This document shows positions 1-7,977 of a DNA stretch of 64,000 nucleotides, piece by piece. The translations under genes and the position numbers were made by a program. The notes beneath the pieces were generated by a model, which was not told where the DNA came from, did not search any database, and worked only from the letters and a program-made list of their open reading frames with translations. Position 1 is the first letter of the stretch. Every line of letters begins with the position of its first letter. This stretch comes from an uncultured Ruminococcus sp. (lineage in GTDB: Bacteria > Bacillota > Clostridia > Oscillospirales > Ruminococcaceae). The stretch spans positions 111,497-175,496 of the forward strand of contig UQPZ01000002.1 of assembly GCA_900543145.1 (NCBI GenBank), read 5' to 3'.

Positions 1-972
1 GAATTCTCCGATAATTACAGGAATACCCTTGTTTACAAAGTTGTCAGTCATGTTTTTGATCTTGCTTTCCATTACTCTGACTTCCTGAGAGCTTCCCCAT
101 TCGTTGTTGATATTGGTGGTGCAGAATTCCCAGGGCGTGTAGTAGTGAACCGAAACTATGCATTTTCCTGCCGGATCCTCAGGCATCTTGTACCTTTGGT
201 CACAGGTCATCTCAACGTCAGTCCAGTAGCCTGCAATAAGCAGATGCCTCTGCGGATTGTTTCCTCCGCTCGCCCTTACCAGATCAACAAACTCCTGATT
301 AAGCTTGTTAAGCGTTTCATAAGCGCCGTCCTTGTCCATGTCGTCAAAGCCAACCTCGTTCATTGATTCAAATATGAGTTTTTCGTCGTAATTTTCAAAT
401 CTGTCGCATATTTGATTCCAAATAGTCTTGTATTTTGAAAGCACACCGTCGTAGTCGGTGGAAGCGTTTCTTATCCAGGCTCCGAATTGAGGATCGCCGC
501 CTCCGTCGTGATGTAGGTTTATAATTACATACATATCCAGTTCGTAAGCGTAGTCTACGACCTCCTGTACCCTGTCCATCCAGTCAGCGTCAATAGTGTA
601 ATCGTCGCTGAGATGATCTCTCCAGGTAATAGGAATACGGACTGAGTTGAAACCGTCCTCTTTAAGCGCTTCAAACATCTCCTTGGTAGTCTTTATATTT
701 CCCCAAAGCGTTTCGTCGACTTTTTCAGCGCTTTCGTTGACCTGCCCGTCACCGTCACGGTCTGCATTGCATACGTCTAAACTGTTTCCCAGGTTCCAGC
801 CTAAGGTCATTTCCTTAACAAGCTCCATTGAGGATATGTCCCTCATTTTTTCAGCAGCAGAACCGCTGTCTGTTCCGCTTGATGATGAGCCGTCTTTGCC
901 GCAGCCGCTTAGTGAAGTGCAGAATACCGCTGCGCAAAGTAGAAAAGCCGCCGCTTTTGATCTTCTTATCAT
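1..972 (-). CDS. Glycoside hydrolase family 5 (endoglucanase-like) lipoprotein, partial; C-terminus runs off the window start
   Basis: Reverse-strand translation starts MIRRSKAAAFLLCAAVFCTSLSGCGK (lipobox). It contains GWNLGNSLD, a NEV acid/base-like motif and the GH5 nucleophile motif IGEF at the window edge. RBS AAAGGAGC lies upstream of the ATG at 970-972. The plus-strand ORFs 145..366 and 647..1105 are antisense artefacts of this gene. Confidence 0.6.
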   Translation of the reverse strand, partial: MIRRSKAAAFLLCAAVFCTSLSGCGKDGSSSSGTDSGSAAEKMRDISSMELVKEMTLGWNLGNSLDVCNADRDGDGQVNESAEKVDETLWGNIKTTKEMFEALKEDGFNSVRIPITWRDHLSDDYTIDADWMDRVQEVVDYAYELDMYVIINLHHDGGGDPQFGAWIRNASTDYDGVLSKYKTIWNQICDRFENYDEKLIFESMNEVGFDDMDKDGAYETLNKLNQEFVDLVRASGGNNPQRHLLIAGYWTDVEMTCDQRYKMPEDPAGKCIVSVHYYTPWEFCTTNINNEWGSSQEVRVMESKIKNMTDNFVNKGIPVIIGEF

Positions 973-1398
973 AATTAAAGCTCCTTTTTATCAGTGTTTT
1001 TACAATTTAATTATGATACTATTCAAGGCTTATGTCAATATAATTTTTTTGTATTATTATAAATATCTGAAACCTGTTCAGGAATATATTTACCTAAGAT
1101 ATTAAAATAAAATTTGAATATTTATAAGAATATTATATTTACAGTATAACCGCTCCAATATAACGGCTATTAATAAAATATTTTGATTTTATCGGAAAAA
1201 CAGCGTGTTTACGTTAACGAAAACCTTTGAGATGCCTTAGTAAAACAAATATCTGTAGATAAGCGATCTTTCAGCGGCTATAAAAATATGAATATAAAGA
1301 TATGAAACAGGTAACAGTTTGCCATGCGTCGTCTGCCGAAAGTAAGGCAAAAAAACTTTTACCTTTTAAACAAATTCCGCACGGCTAATTTGTGTATT

Positions 1399-2256
1399 TT
1401 ATCCTAATTTCTTATTTTCAGCTTCTTCGGGAACTCTTATCGTATACTCTATAAACCCGTCTTTTTTTGATTTTTTTACCTTTGCGTCTACTCCTGCAAG
1501 CTTTATTACCTGAACTGCTCTGTCTACAGTGTTGAAAAAAAGCCGCAGATCTCCCAGTACAGCAGATCTTTTTCGATAGCTCTGCCTTATCCGTTCGCTT
1601 TTTTCAAGCGTTTTTATGTATTTTTCAGCAGCGTCAACAGTAAGTCCGTCCTTAATGATTTTAAGCAGTACGTCCTCCCTTATGCTTTCGTCCGCTTTAA
1701 GCAATGCTCTTGCGTGACGCTCGGACAGTCCGTTTGAAATGATGATCTTCCGAAGGGATGGTGAAAGCTTTAATATCCTCAGCTTGTTTGCAATAGTCGA
1801 CTGCGCTGTTCCAAGCCGTATAGCCGCTTCTTCCTGGGTCATTCCGTGCTTATTTATAAGAGCCGCAATAGCCTCCGCTTCCTCAAAAAAATTCAGGTCT
1901 GCTCTCTGTATGTTCTCGATCAAAGCAATGACTGCAGATCTGGTGTCAGAAATGTCAACAAGTACGCAGGGAACGCTTTTAAAGCCGGCCATCTTTGCCG
2001 CCCTGAGCCGTCTTTCGCCTGAAATAAGCTCAAAGCCTCCCTCTCTCTTCCGTATAGTAAGAGGCTGAATTATCCCGTCCTGAGAAATGCTCTTTGCAAG
2101 CTTTGTAAGCTCCTCGGTGCTGAAATATTTTCTTGGCTGGTCGGGATTGGGAACGATCGAGCCTATAGGAACTTCAATTACCTTTCCAAGCTCCTTTGCG
2201 GCAGGAGCGGCAGTCTTTTCACGGGTTCTTGTCATAATGCTCATAATTTCGCTCAT
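1399..2256 (-). CDS. ParB/Noc-family DNA-binding protein; paralog of the parB at 7978, oriented divergently from parA
   Basis: 285 aa with a ParB N-terminal box GERRLRAAKMAG and an HTH region TQEEAAIRLGTAQSTIANKLRIL. The Lys-rich C-terminus resembles Noc. Confidence 0.8.
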   Translation of the reverse strand: MSEIMSIMTRTREKTAAPAAKELGKVIEVPIGSIVPNPDQPRKYFSTEELTKLAKSISQDGIIQPLTIRKREGGFELISGERRLRAAKMAGFKSVPCVLVDISDTRSAVIALIENIQRADLNFFEEAEAIAALINKHGMTQEEAAIRLGTAQSTIANKLRILKLSPSLRKIIISNGLSERHARALLKADESIREDVLLKIIKDGLTVDAAEKYIKTLEKSERIRQSYRKRSAVLGDLRLFFNTVDRAVQVIKLAGVDAKVKKSKKDGFIEYTIRVPEEAENKKLG

Positions 2257-2692
2257 GCGGATAAAGTTCCGTATGAACTTCCTCCTTTTTAATAAAAGTT
2301 ATCGGTATAAGCAGATTATAGCACTTTCAAAGACAGGATTCTATAAAATATTCAAAGAAAAATACCAAAAATTACGCTTAAAAATCACTTTTTTCCGTAG
2401 AATTTTCCCTTAACCGCTGTATTTCGCTCCGTCTTTTGTCGAATAAGGAAAAGCCCCGCCGCATTAAGAATTTCATATAAAAAACCGTTTCCTCCGCTCT
2501 CTGTATATAAATCGCATAAAAATGAGAAAGATCTGACGCTTTTATGTTTTTTAAGAGTCAGCTTAAATTATAGGTGTCAATAATTAATTTGTCAATGCAT
2601 TTTTAAACAATAAGAAATAATTCGCCGCTCTTGATTTATCCATAAGCTGACTTCATTAATTCAATAATTTAATTATTCACAAATTATTTATA

Positions 2693-2708
2693 TGTTCCAC
2701 GTGGAACA
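2693..2708. promoter_or_regulatory. parS: parS site 1: perfect 16-bp palindrome TGTTCCACGTGGAACA
   Basis: Exact palindrome one base off the B. subtilis parS consensus TGTTCCACGTGAAACA. It sits in the 560-bp AT-rich spacer upstream of the ParB-like gene. Confidence 0.8.
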
Positions 2709-2818
2709 TTTTTTTAAAACGCTGAGAATAAAAACAGACGCCGCCGCTCCTGCAATACCAGCATAATGCCGTTGTATTTGCAGCAGCTCAGCAGCGTCCG
2801 TATTTTAGATTCTTCCAT

Positions 2819-4081
2819 TCAGCTTATTTCGGAAAACTCAAGCTCGTAATTTTTAAAATAATAAAGCCTGTGATCAGTTTCCTCGCCGCTTTTGGTATAT
2901 TCGTTAGCCAGATCCGCAAGCACATCTCCCGTTGAATTGCACATTGCATATGTAAAGCCGTACCTTTTATCGTCAGTACATAAGCTTGCTTTTTTTATAC
3001 TTCCGTCTGCTTCAATTGAGTAAATAATATTTTCGCTTTCCTTTTTGGCTTTGTCCCTATTTACGTCGGAGATAAAATTAAACCTTCCTTCGGAGCAATT
3101 GGTTATCCATTTAAAACGTGGAGATTTAAGAAGAGAAATATATTCCCCGTCCTTGAGCTTCTGTAAGCATTGAAGCATTCCCCTGTTTTCGTAATAGGCG
3201 TAGCCGCCGATAATTCTGAAGTAGTAAACAACAGCGAAACGCTCCTGCATAAGGAGGTTAAAATCCTGCGGCAGCTCAAATTCGTAGCCGAGATCAGGGA
3301 AAAATTCTTTTGAACCGATAAAATTAAAGGTCTTATCATAAGTATCAATGTAAATATCGACCGTCATGTCTGACGCACGTTTGACCCGCAAAAGATAAAT
3401 ATTTTCCCCGTCAGAGGTAATATACCTTATTGTTTCGCCTGTTTTTAAGTTCGGATCATATTTAAAAGACGGCGGTAGGATCTGCTGTTCCTTGGTTTTT
3501 AAATCAAAAGCTTCTATAACCGAGGTACCTATATCGTCGCATACTCCTATATAGGCTTTTCCTCCGCTGACCGTCATAATATTGTAAATAGAAGAATTTG
3601 AAACCGAGTAGATCTTTTCTATAGACTTTCCGTTTATATCAATATCGAAAATACTCTGTTCGCTTTTATCTTCAGAAAGGTATTCGCCCGTTGTAGCAAG
3701 AATATATAAATGACCGTCCGTATACTCGGAATTGTTTGTGTTTAAAAATGACCAGTTTTCGATAGTTCCAAGCTTTTCAGATTCTCCGCTTTCTATATTA
3801 TATGAATAAATATCAATGTTTTTACGGTCTTTTACTCTTACTGTTTTATAGTAAATAATATTGCTGTCTATAAGATAAAGCAGTGATGAATATTCTATCT
3901 CCCCTATCTTCTCATTATCAGCATTGTATATAGGGTCAACGGTGTATATCGGATCCGGTTCTGTTACTTTTAAGCCGCTATCACCAATGTAACCAGGGTC
4001 GCCCGGCTTTGCATTTCCAAAAGAGCAGCCCGAAAGCGCTAATGCGGCTAAAGCAAATAGAGCCATAATTCGGTTCTTCAT
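2819..4081 (-). CDS. Hypothetical lipoprotein (about 420 aa), likely a beta-rich or propeller-like extracytoplasmic domain
   Basis: Start chosen at MKNRIMALFALAALALSGCS (lipobox) with RBS GGGTGAG. Stop is 18 bp after the upstream gene, which indicates an operon. No catalytic motif recognised. Confidence 0.5.
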   Translation of the reverse strand: MKNRIMALFALAALALSGCSFGNAKPGDPGYIGDSGLKVTEPDPIYTVDPIYNADNEKIGEIEYSSLLYLIDSNIIYYKTVRVKDRKNIDIYSYNIESGESEKLGTIENWSFLNTNNSEYTDGHLYILATTGEYLSEDKSEQSIFDIDINGKSIEKIYSVSNSSIYNIMTVSGGKAYIGVCDDIGTSVIEAFDLKTKEQQILPPSFKYDPNLKTGETIRYITSDGENIYLLRVKRASDMTVDIYIDTYDKTFNFIGSKEFFPDLGYEFELPQDFNLLMQERFAVVYYFRIIGGYAYYENRGMLQCLQKLKDGEYISLLKSPRFKWITNCSEGRFNFISDVNRDKAKKESENIIYSIEADGSIKKASLCTDDKRYGFTYAMCNSTGDVLADLANEYTKSGEETDHRLYYFKNYELEFSEIS

Positions 4082-4098
4082 ATTGCTCACCCCTGTTC

Positions 4099-4821
4099 TT
4101 AATAAACTATACTTCTGCAAACTCTGTCAACAACCGATGAAGCGATTGTATAAAAGCAGTCCACATTTGCATCTTTTCCGCCCCAAGGGTCCGCAATTTC
4201 TATATAACTGCCTGCATTTGATGTAATTACGCCTTTTGCCAGAATACAATGCCCCGGGGTTGCATATTTCCAGTTACTTTCATTTGATACGATTCTTAAA
4301 AACGCAGGAACAGAATCATTGACTACGTCCATTTTTATGCAGTTGACCAGATCAGTTTCAGTAGGCGAGCTTTTATAAATATAAAGACATCGATTCTGCT
4401 TTCCGTTCATATAATTGGGTACCTTTGTAAAATCCTGATGTATACTGAGGTTAATTACAGTCTGAGAGGGAGAAGAACCGTTTATATACATAAGGGCGCT
4501 TTTAACACAAGCAGGACCGCAGTATGTATCCGTTTCCTGCTGATACATAGTAAAAGAACCGGGAAGAGAGTACCCGATGAGTTCTCTGGTTTTAGGATTT
4601 TCTTCAGTCATGTGGGAAAGAAGATATTCCTTTTCTTCTGCAATTTTTTTCTGTTCATCGCTTAAACTGCTGTAGTACTCATAGTATTCTGCTTCGTTGA
4701 CCTGAGCATTATCTCCGGGTATTACCGAAGGCTCACCTACCGCATATACCTGTGTGCAGACAGTCATAAAAGCAGCCGCAGCAGCCGTAAATAAAACCAT
4801 AACTCTTACTATTTTCCTCAT
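4099..4821 (-). CDS. Secreted papain-fold (peptidase C39-like) cysteine peptidase domain protein
   Basis: Signal peptide MRKIVRVMVLFTAAAAAFMTVCTQVYA. A Cys motif DTYCGPACVKSALMY is followed by GHCILAKGV (His) and IADPWGG (Asp), which fits a Cys-His-Asp papain-like triad. Start chosen at the internal MRK with RBS AAAGGA. Confidence 0.4.
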   Translation of the reverse strand: MRKIVRVMVLFTAAAAAFMTVCTQVYAVGEPSVIPGDNAQVNEAEYYEYYSSLSDEQKKIAEEKEYLLSHMTEENPKTRELIGYSLPGSFTMYQQETDTYCGPACVKSALMYINGSSPSQTVINLSIHQDFTKVPNYMNGKQNRCLYIYKSSPTETDLVNCIKMDVVNDSVPAFLRIVSNESNWKYATPGHCILAKGVITSNAGSYIEIADPWGGKDANVDCFYTIASSVVDRVCRSIVY

Positions 4822-5008
4822 ATAGATCAGTCCTTTCATTTTGTTTAATTTAACCAATATCCTCCTTTTAAAATATACCATAATTATACTTGTTTGTCAA
4901 TACATATTTTAATAAAATATAAATTGTTTATTGTTTTCAAATCATAATGCATAGTGGTTGTGTCAATTATAATGGTTCAATAATTTAATTATTCATAAAT
5001 TATCTATA

Positions 5009-5024
5009 TGTTCCACGTGGAACA
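5009..5024. promoter_or_regulatory. parS: parS site 2: TGTTCCACGTGGAACA, 180 bp upstream of parA
   Basis: Identical perfect palindrome. It lies inside a 53-bp block duplicated from 2660-2712. Confidence 0.8.
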
Positions 5025-5104
5025 TTTTACTCTTACGAATTTAATTTATAAAAAACTATTTAAAATAAAAGTTTGAGTATTTACGGACTCAATAGCTTAT
5101 TAAA

Positions 5105-5120
5105 TGTTCTACGCAGAACT
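5105..5120. promoter_or_regulatory. Degenerate parS-like near-palindrome TGTTCTACGCAGAACT
   Basis: 12 of 16 positions match the local parS sequence and the half-sites GTTCTAC / GCAGAAC are near-symmetric. It lies in the parA promoter region. Confidence 0.25.
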
Positions 5121-5204
5121 TTTTTTAATTCTAAAAAAAGCCCTTTTCAAAACGCAAAAAATATAGTATAATAAAAGTAAAAGTAAAACTTAAGGAGAAT
5201 AGCT

Positions 5205-5969
5205 ATGGGAAAAATAATAGCCGTATCGAATCAGAAAGGCGGAGTAGGAAAATCAACTACGGTAGTAAATCTGGCCGCAGTTTTCGGAAATAGAGGAAAA
5301 AAGGTGCTTATAGTTGATTTCGATCCTCAGGGCAATACTACTACCAGCTACGGAATAAAAAAGAAAAGTATACGGAATACCGTATATGAAGTGCTAATGG
5401 ACGATTGCTCGGTTTTTGAAGCGGCAGTAGCCACCGAATTTCGAGGGGTCTCCGTTGTCCCCACGACTCAGAAGCTTTCCGGAGCTTCCGTAGAGCTGGT
5501 TTCTGTAAAGGACAGGGCAAGACGTTTGCGCTCAAAGCTGCTTGAAGCAAAGGATTTCTATGATTTTATACTTATAGACTGCCCTCCTACACTGGATATG
5601 CTGACCATAAATGCACTTGTGGCGGCGGATACAGTGCTTATTCCGCTCCAGTGTGAATTTCTTTCACTTGAGGGATTAGTTGAGCTTAACCAGACTATAG
5701 AACGTGTTAAGAAAACCTGGAATCCCGATTTAAAAATAGAGGGGATACTATTTACAATGTTCGTTGAGCGTTACAAGGTAACAGGACAGATTGTTGCGGA
5801 GGTTAAAAAATATTTTTCAAACCACGTTTTCAAAACGGTTATCCCACGGAATATAGCGCTTTCGGAAGCTCCAAGCTTCGGACAGCCTGCACTTTATTAC
5901 GACAAAAAGTCCAAAGGCTCAAAGGCGTATGAGTCGCTTGCAAAAGAAATAATAAAAAATAATATTTAG
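5205..5969 (+). CDS. parA: Chromosome partitioning ATPase ParA/Soj
   Basis: Deviant Walker A KGGVGKST, a MinD/ParA-type fold, RBS AAGGAGA. The -10-like element TATAAT lies upstream. Confidence 0.9.
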   Translation: MGKIIAVSNQKGGVGKSTTVVNLAAVFGNRGKKVLIVDFDPQGNTTTSYGIKKKSIRNTVYEVLMDDCSVFEAAVATEFRGVSVVPTTQKLSGASVELVSVKDRARRLRSKLLEAKDFYDFILIDCPPTLDMLTINALVAADTVLIPLQCEFLSLEGLVELNQTIERVKKTWNPDLKIEGILFTMFVERYKVTGQIVAEVKKYFSNHVFKTVIPRNIALSEAPSFGQPALYYDKKSKGSKAYESLAKEIIKNNI

Positions 5970-5993
5970 ATTAATACATAACGGTACAGTAAA

Positions 5994-6009
5994 TGTTCCA
6001 CGTGGAACA
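5994..6009. promoter_or_regulatory. parS: parS site 3: TGTTCCACGTGGAACA (22-bp extended palindrome AAATGTTCCACGTGGAACATTT)
   Basis: Perfect palindrome 25 bp after the parA stop. Confidence 0.8.
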
Positions 6010-6098
6010 TTTTAATAAGGACAGTGTTTCGTCTTAGCAAACAACTGAAAAAAGCAAGAGAAAATGCCGGATAAGGCATGGAAAAGGAGAAATACATA

Positions 6099-6584
6099 AT
6101 GAACATTTCAATATGCGGCTTAGACTGCGGAAATTGTGAACTGAAGGATTCCTGCAAAGGCTGTTCTGAAACGAACGGAAGGCCGTTCGGCGGCAAGTGT
6201 ATTATTGCCCAATGCTGTAAAAACGGAGAAAGTGAGCATTGCCGCGGAAAATGCTTTGCCGGTAAATGCAGGCTTAAAAAGCAGCTGATCGAGGAATTTA
6301 ACTCGCTTGGGATAGAGGATATGGAAGAGGTTACAGATCTTAATGCGCTGAAAGGCTCATATATAAATCTTGAATACACGCTTCTAGGAGGACAGGCAGT
6401 CAAATTATGGGACGACAGCAGAGTTTATTTAGGTAATCAGATCTGCAAGAAAAACAGCAGCAGGTGCTACGGACTGACCGCAGACGAAAGCTATCTTTTG
6501 GTATGCGAATACGGCGACGGCGGCTGTGACGCGGAAATTATAGTATATAAAAAGCGTAAAAATAACGGCTCGGAAAGACAATAG
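6099..6584 (+). CDS. DUF3795-family cysteine-rich (putative metal-binding) protein
   Basis: N-terminus MNISICGLDCGNCELKDSCKGC matches the CGLxCxxC signature of DUF3795. 14 Cys in total. RBS AAAGGAGA 8 nt upstream of the chosen ATG. Confidence 0.55.
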   Translation: MNISICGLDCGNCELKDSCKGCSETNGRPFGGKCIIAQCCKNGESEHCRGKCFAGKCRLKKQLIEEFNSLGIEDMEEVTDLNALKGSYINLEYTLLGGQAVKLWDDSRVYLGNQICKKNSSRCYGLTADESYLLVCEYGDGGCDAEIIVYKKRKNNGSERQ

Positions 6585-6650
6585 TTACACAAAAGAGTTA
6601 GTATTGCAGAAAATACGCTTATCTGCATGGAAATCAAGCATGAATTAAAA

Positions 6651-6666
6651 TGTTCCACGTGGAACA
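6651..6666. promoter_or_regulatory. parS: parS site 4: TGTTCCACGTGGAACA (22-bp extended palindrome)
   Basis: Perfect palindrome immediately upstream of the RBS of the methyltransferase gene. Confidence 0.8.
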
Positions 6667-6689
6667 TTTCAGAAAAAGGGGAAATGAAA

Positions 6690-7256
6690 ATGGCAAGCAC
6701 ATTCGGAGCGGTTCAGCTTGCTCACGAATTTTTAGCAGCACAGGTCAAACCCGGAGATATTTGTATAGACTGCACAGCGGGGAGGGGAAACGACACGGCA
6801 TTTCTCTGCTCGCTTGTAGGAGAAAGCGGGAAGGTTTACAGCTTTGATATTCAGCAGGAAGCTGTTGAAAGCACAAGAATGCTTCTTGAAGAAAGGGGAT
6901 TCACGGACATTGCCTGTGTAATTCACGGCAGTCATGAATTTGCAGACCGATATATAGGCGAGGGAGAAGCAGCTGCTGCGGTATTTAATCTCGGCTGGCT
7001 TCCCGGCGGAGATCACTCAGTTCACACTCAGACGGCTTCGACGATAACGGCAATAGAAAAATGCCTGAAGCTTCTGAAATCGGGAGGGGTTATTAGCCTT
7101 TCAATATATTACGGCAGGGACACAGGCTTTGAAGAAAAGGACGCAGTGCTCAACTATATTTCAAAGCTTCCTGTAGGAGAATTTACGGTAATAGTCAGTG
7201 AGTTTACAAACCGCCCCAACTGCCCTCCAATAAGCGTAAGGATATACAAGTCCTAG
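6690..7256 (+). CDS. Class I SAM-dependent methyltransferase, putative rRNA methylase family (YtqB-like)
   Basis: DCTAGRGNDTAFL is SAM-binding motif I, and the overall length and architecture fit the rRNA_methylase family. Start set at MASTFG, 8 nt after AAAAAGGGG. The last codons and the stop (AAG TCC TAG) are contributed by the downstream repeat element. Confidence 0.6.
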   Translation: MASTFGAVQLAHEFLAAQVKPGDICIDCTAGRGNDTAFLCSLVGESGKVYSFDIQQEAVESTRMLLEERGFTDIACVIHGSHEFADRYIGEGEAAAAVFNLGWLPGGDHSVHTQTASTITAIEKCLKLLKSGGVISLSIYYGRDTGFEEKDAVLNYISKLPVGEFTVIVSEFTNRPNCPPISVRIYKS

Positions 7257-7790
7257 CGCAGACGGCGGTCCTAGCGCGGACGGCGCAAGCCGCGTGATCG
7301 CTCCTGGTGTCGCTCGTTTGTGTGGAGGAAAATTTTGTGCCGCGGCAATGGTTTGTAAAAAATTAAAAATAAAAAGTCCTAGGTCTTAGCGCGGACGGGG
7401 CAAGTTGCGTGATCGCTCCTGGCGTCGCTCGTTTCTGCGGGCGGGAAATTTTGTACCGCGGCTATGGCAAGTCAAAGATACTTTCTAAGAATGTTCTGGT
7501 GCAGACGGGGCAAGTCGCGTGATCGCTCCCGGGGTCGCTCGTTTGTGTGGAGGGAAATTTTGTGCCGCGGCAATGGCAAGTCAAAGATACTTTCTAAAAA
7601 TGTTCTGGCGCGGACGGGGCAAGTTGCGTGATCGCTCCTGGTGTCGTTCTTTTCTGCGGGCGGGAAATTTTGTACCGCGGCAATGGTTTGTAAAAAATTA
7701 AAAATAAAAAGTCCTAGGTCTTAGCGCAGACGGGGCAAGTCGTGTGATTGCTATTGGCGTCGCTCGAAGGTGAGGAAGGTCGATTTTATG
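7251..7790. repeat. Tandem array of a novel intergenic repeat of about 112 bp: about 4 full units plus a partial first unit and a distinct terminal unit
   Basis: Units start at about 7272, 7387, 7499, 7609 and 7722, a period of 110-115 bp. The core is TAGCGCRGACGGGGCAAGTYGCGTGATCGCTCCTGGYGTCGCTCGTTTSTGYGG...AAATTTTGTRCCGCGGCAATGG. There are two tail types, one A-rich ending GTCCTAGGTCTTAGCGC and one CAAGTCAAAGATACTTTCTAARAATGTTCTGG. The last unit diverges to CGCTCGAAGGTGAGG. ORF 7519..7701 inside it is spurious. Confidence 0.85.
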
Positions 7791-7977
7791 GCGCAGAGGC
7801 GGGAAGATATAAATAATGGGGTAAAGAATGTTAGACGGGTTTATTCAGGGATGTCGAATGAGCGCAGTTCGTCCTTGTGATTATATGTGCAAAGTTCGGT
7901 TTTTTCCTAAGCGGCGCAGTAAACATTAATTAATGTAAAAAATTAGCATACATGAAAGAATACGGAGGTTAATAAAA

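Noticed and set aside
145-1105. Plus-strand ORFs 145..366 and 647..1105
   Set aside because: Both are antisense to the GH5 endoglucanase gene, whose reverse-strand translation is clearly conserved.
2630-2645. DnaA box-like TTATCCATA, taken as a possible oriC
   Set aside because: It is a single near-consensus box with no cluster, and there is no dnaA, dnaN or DUE in the window. oriC is probably outside the window.
7519-7701. 60-aa ORF inside the tandem repeats
   Set aside because: It is generated by the repeat sequence itself, with no RBS and a repetitive Arg/Gly-rich translation.
7251-7790. Possible CRISPR array
   Set aside because: Units are about 112 bp and directly abut one another, with no unique spacers, and no cas genes are nearby. 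It is a satellite-like tandem repeat, not CRISPR.
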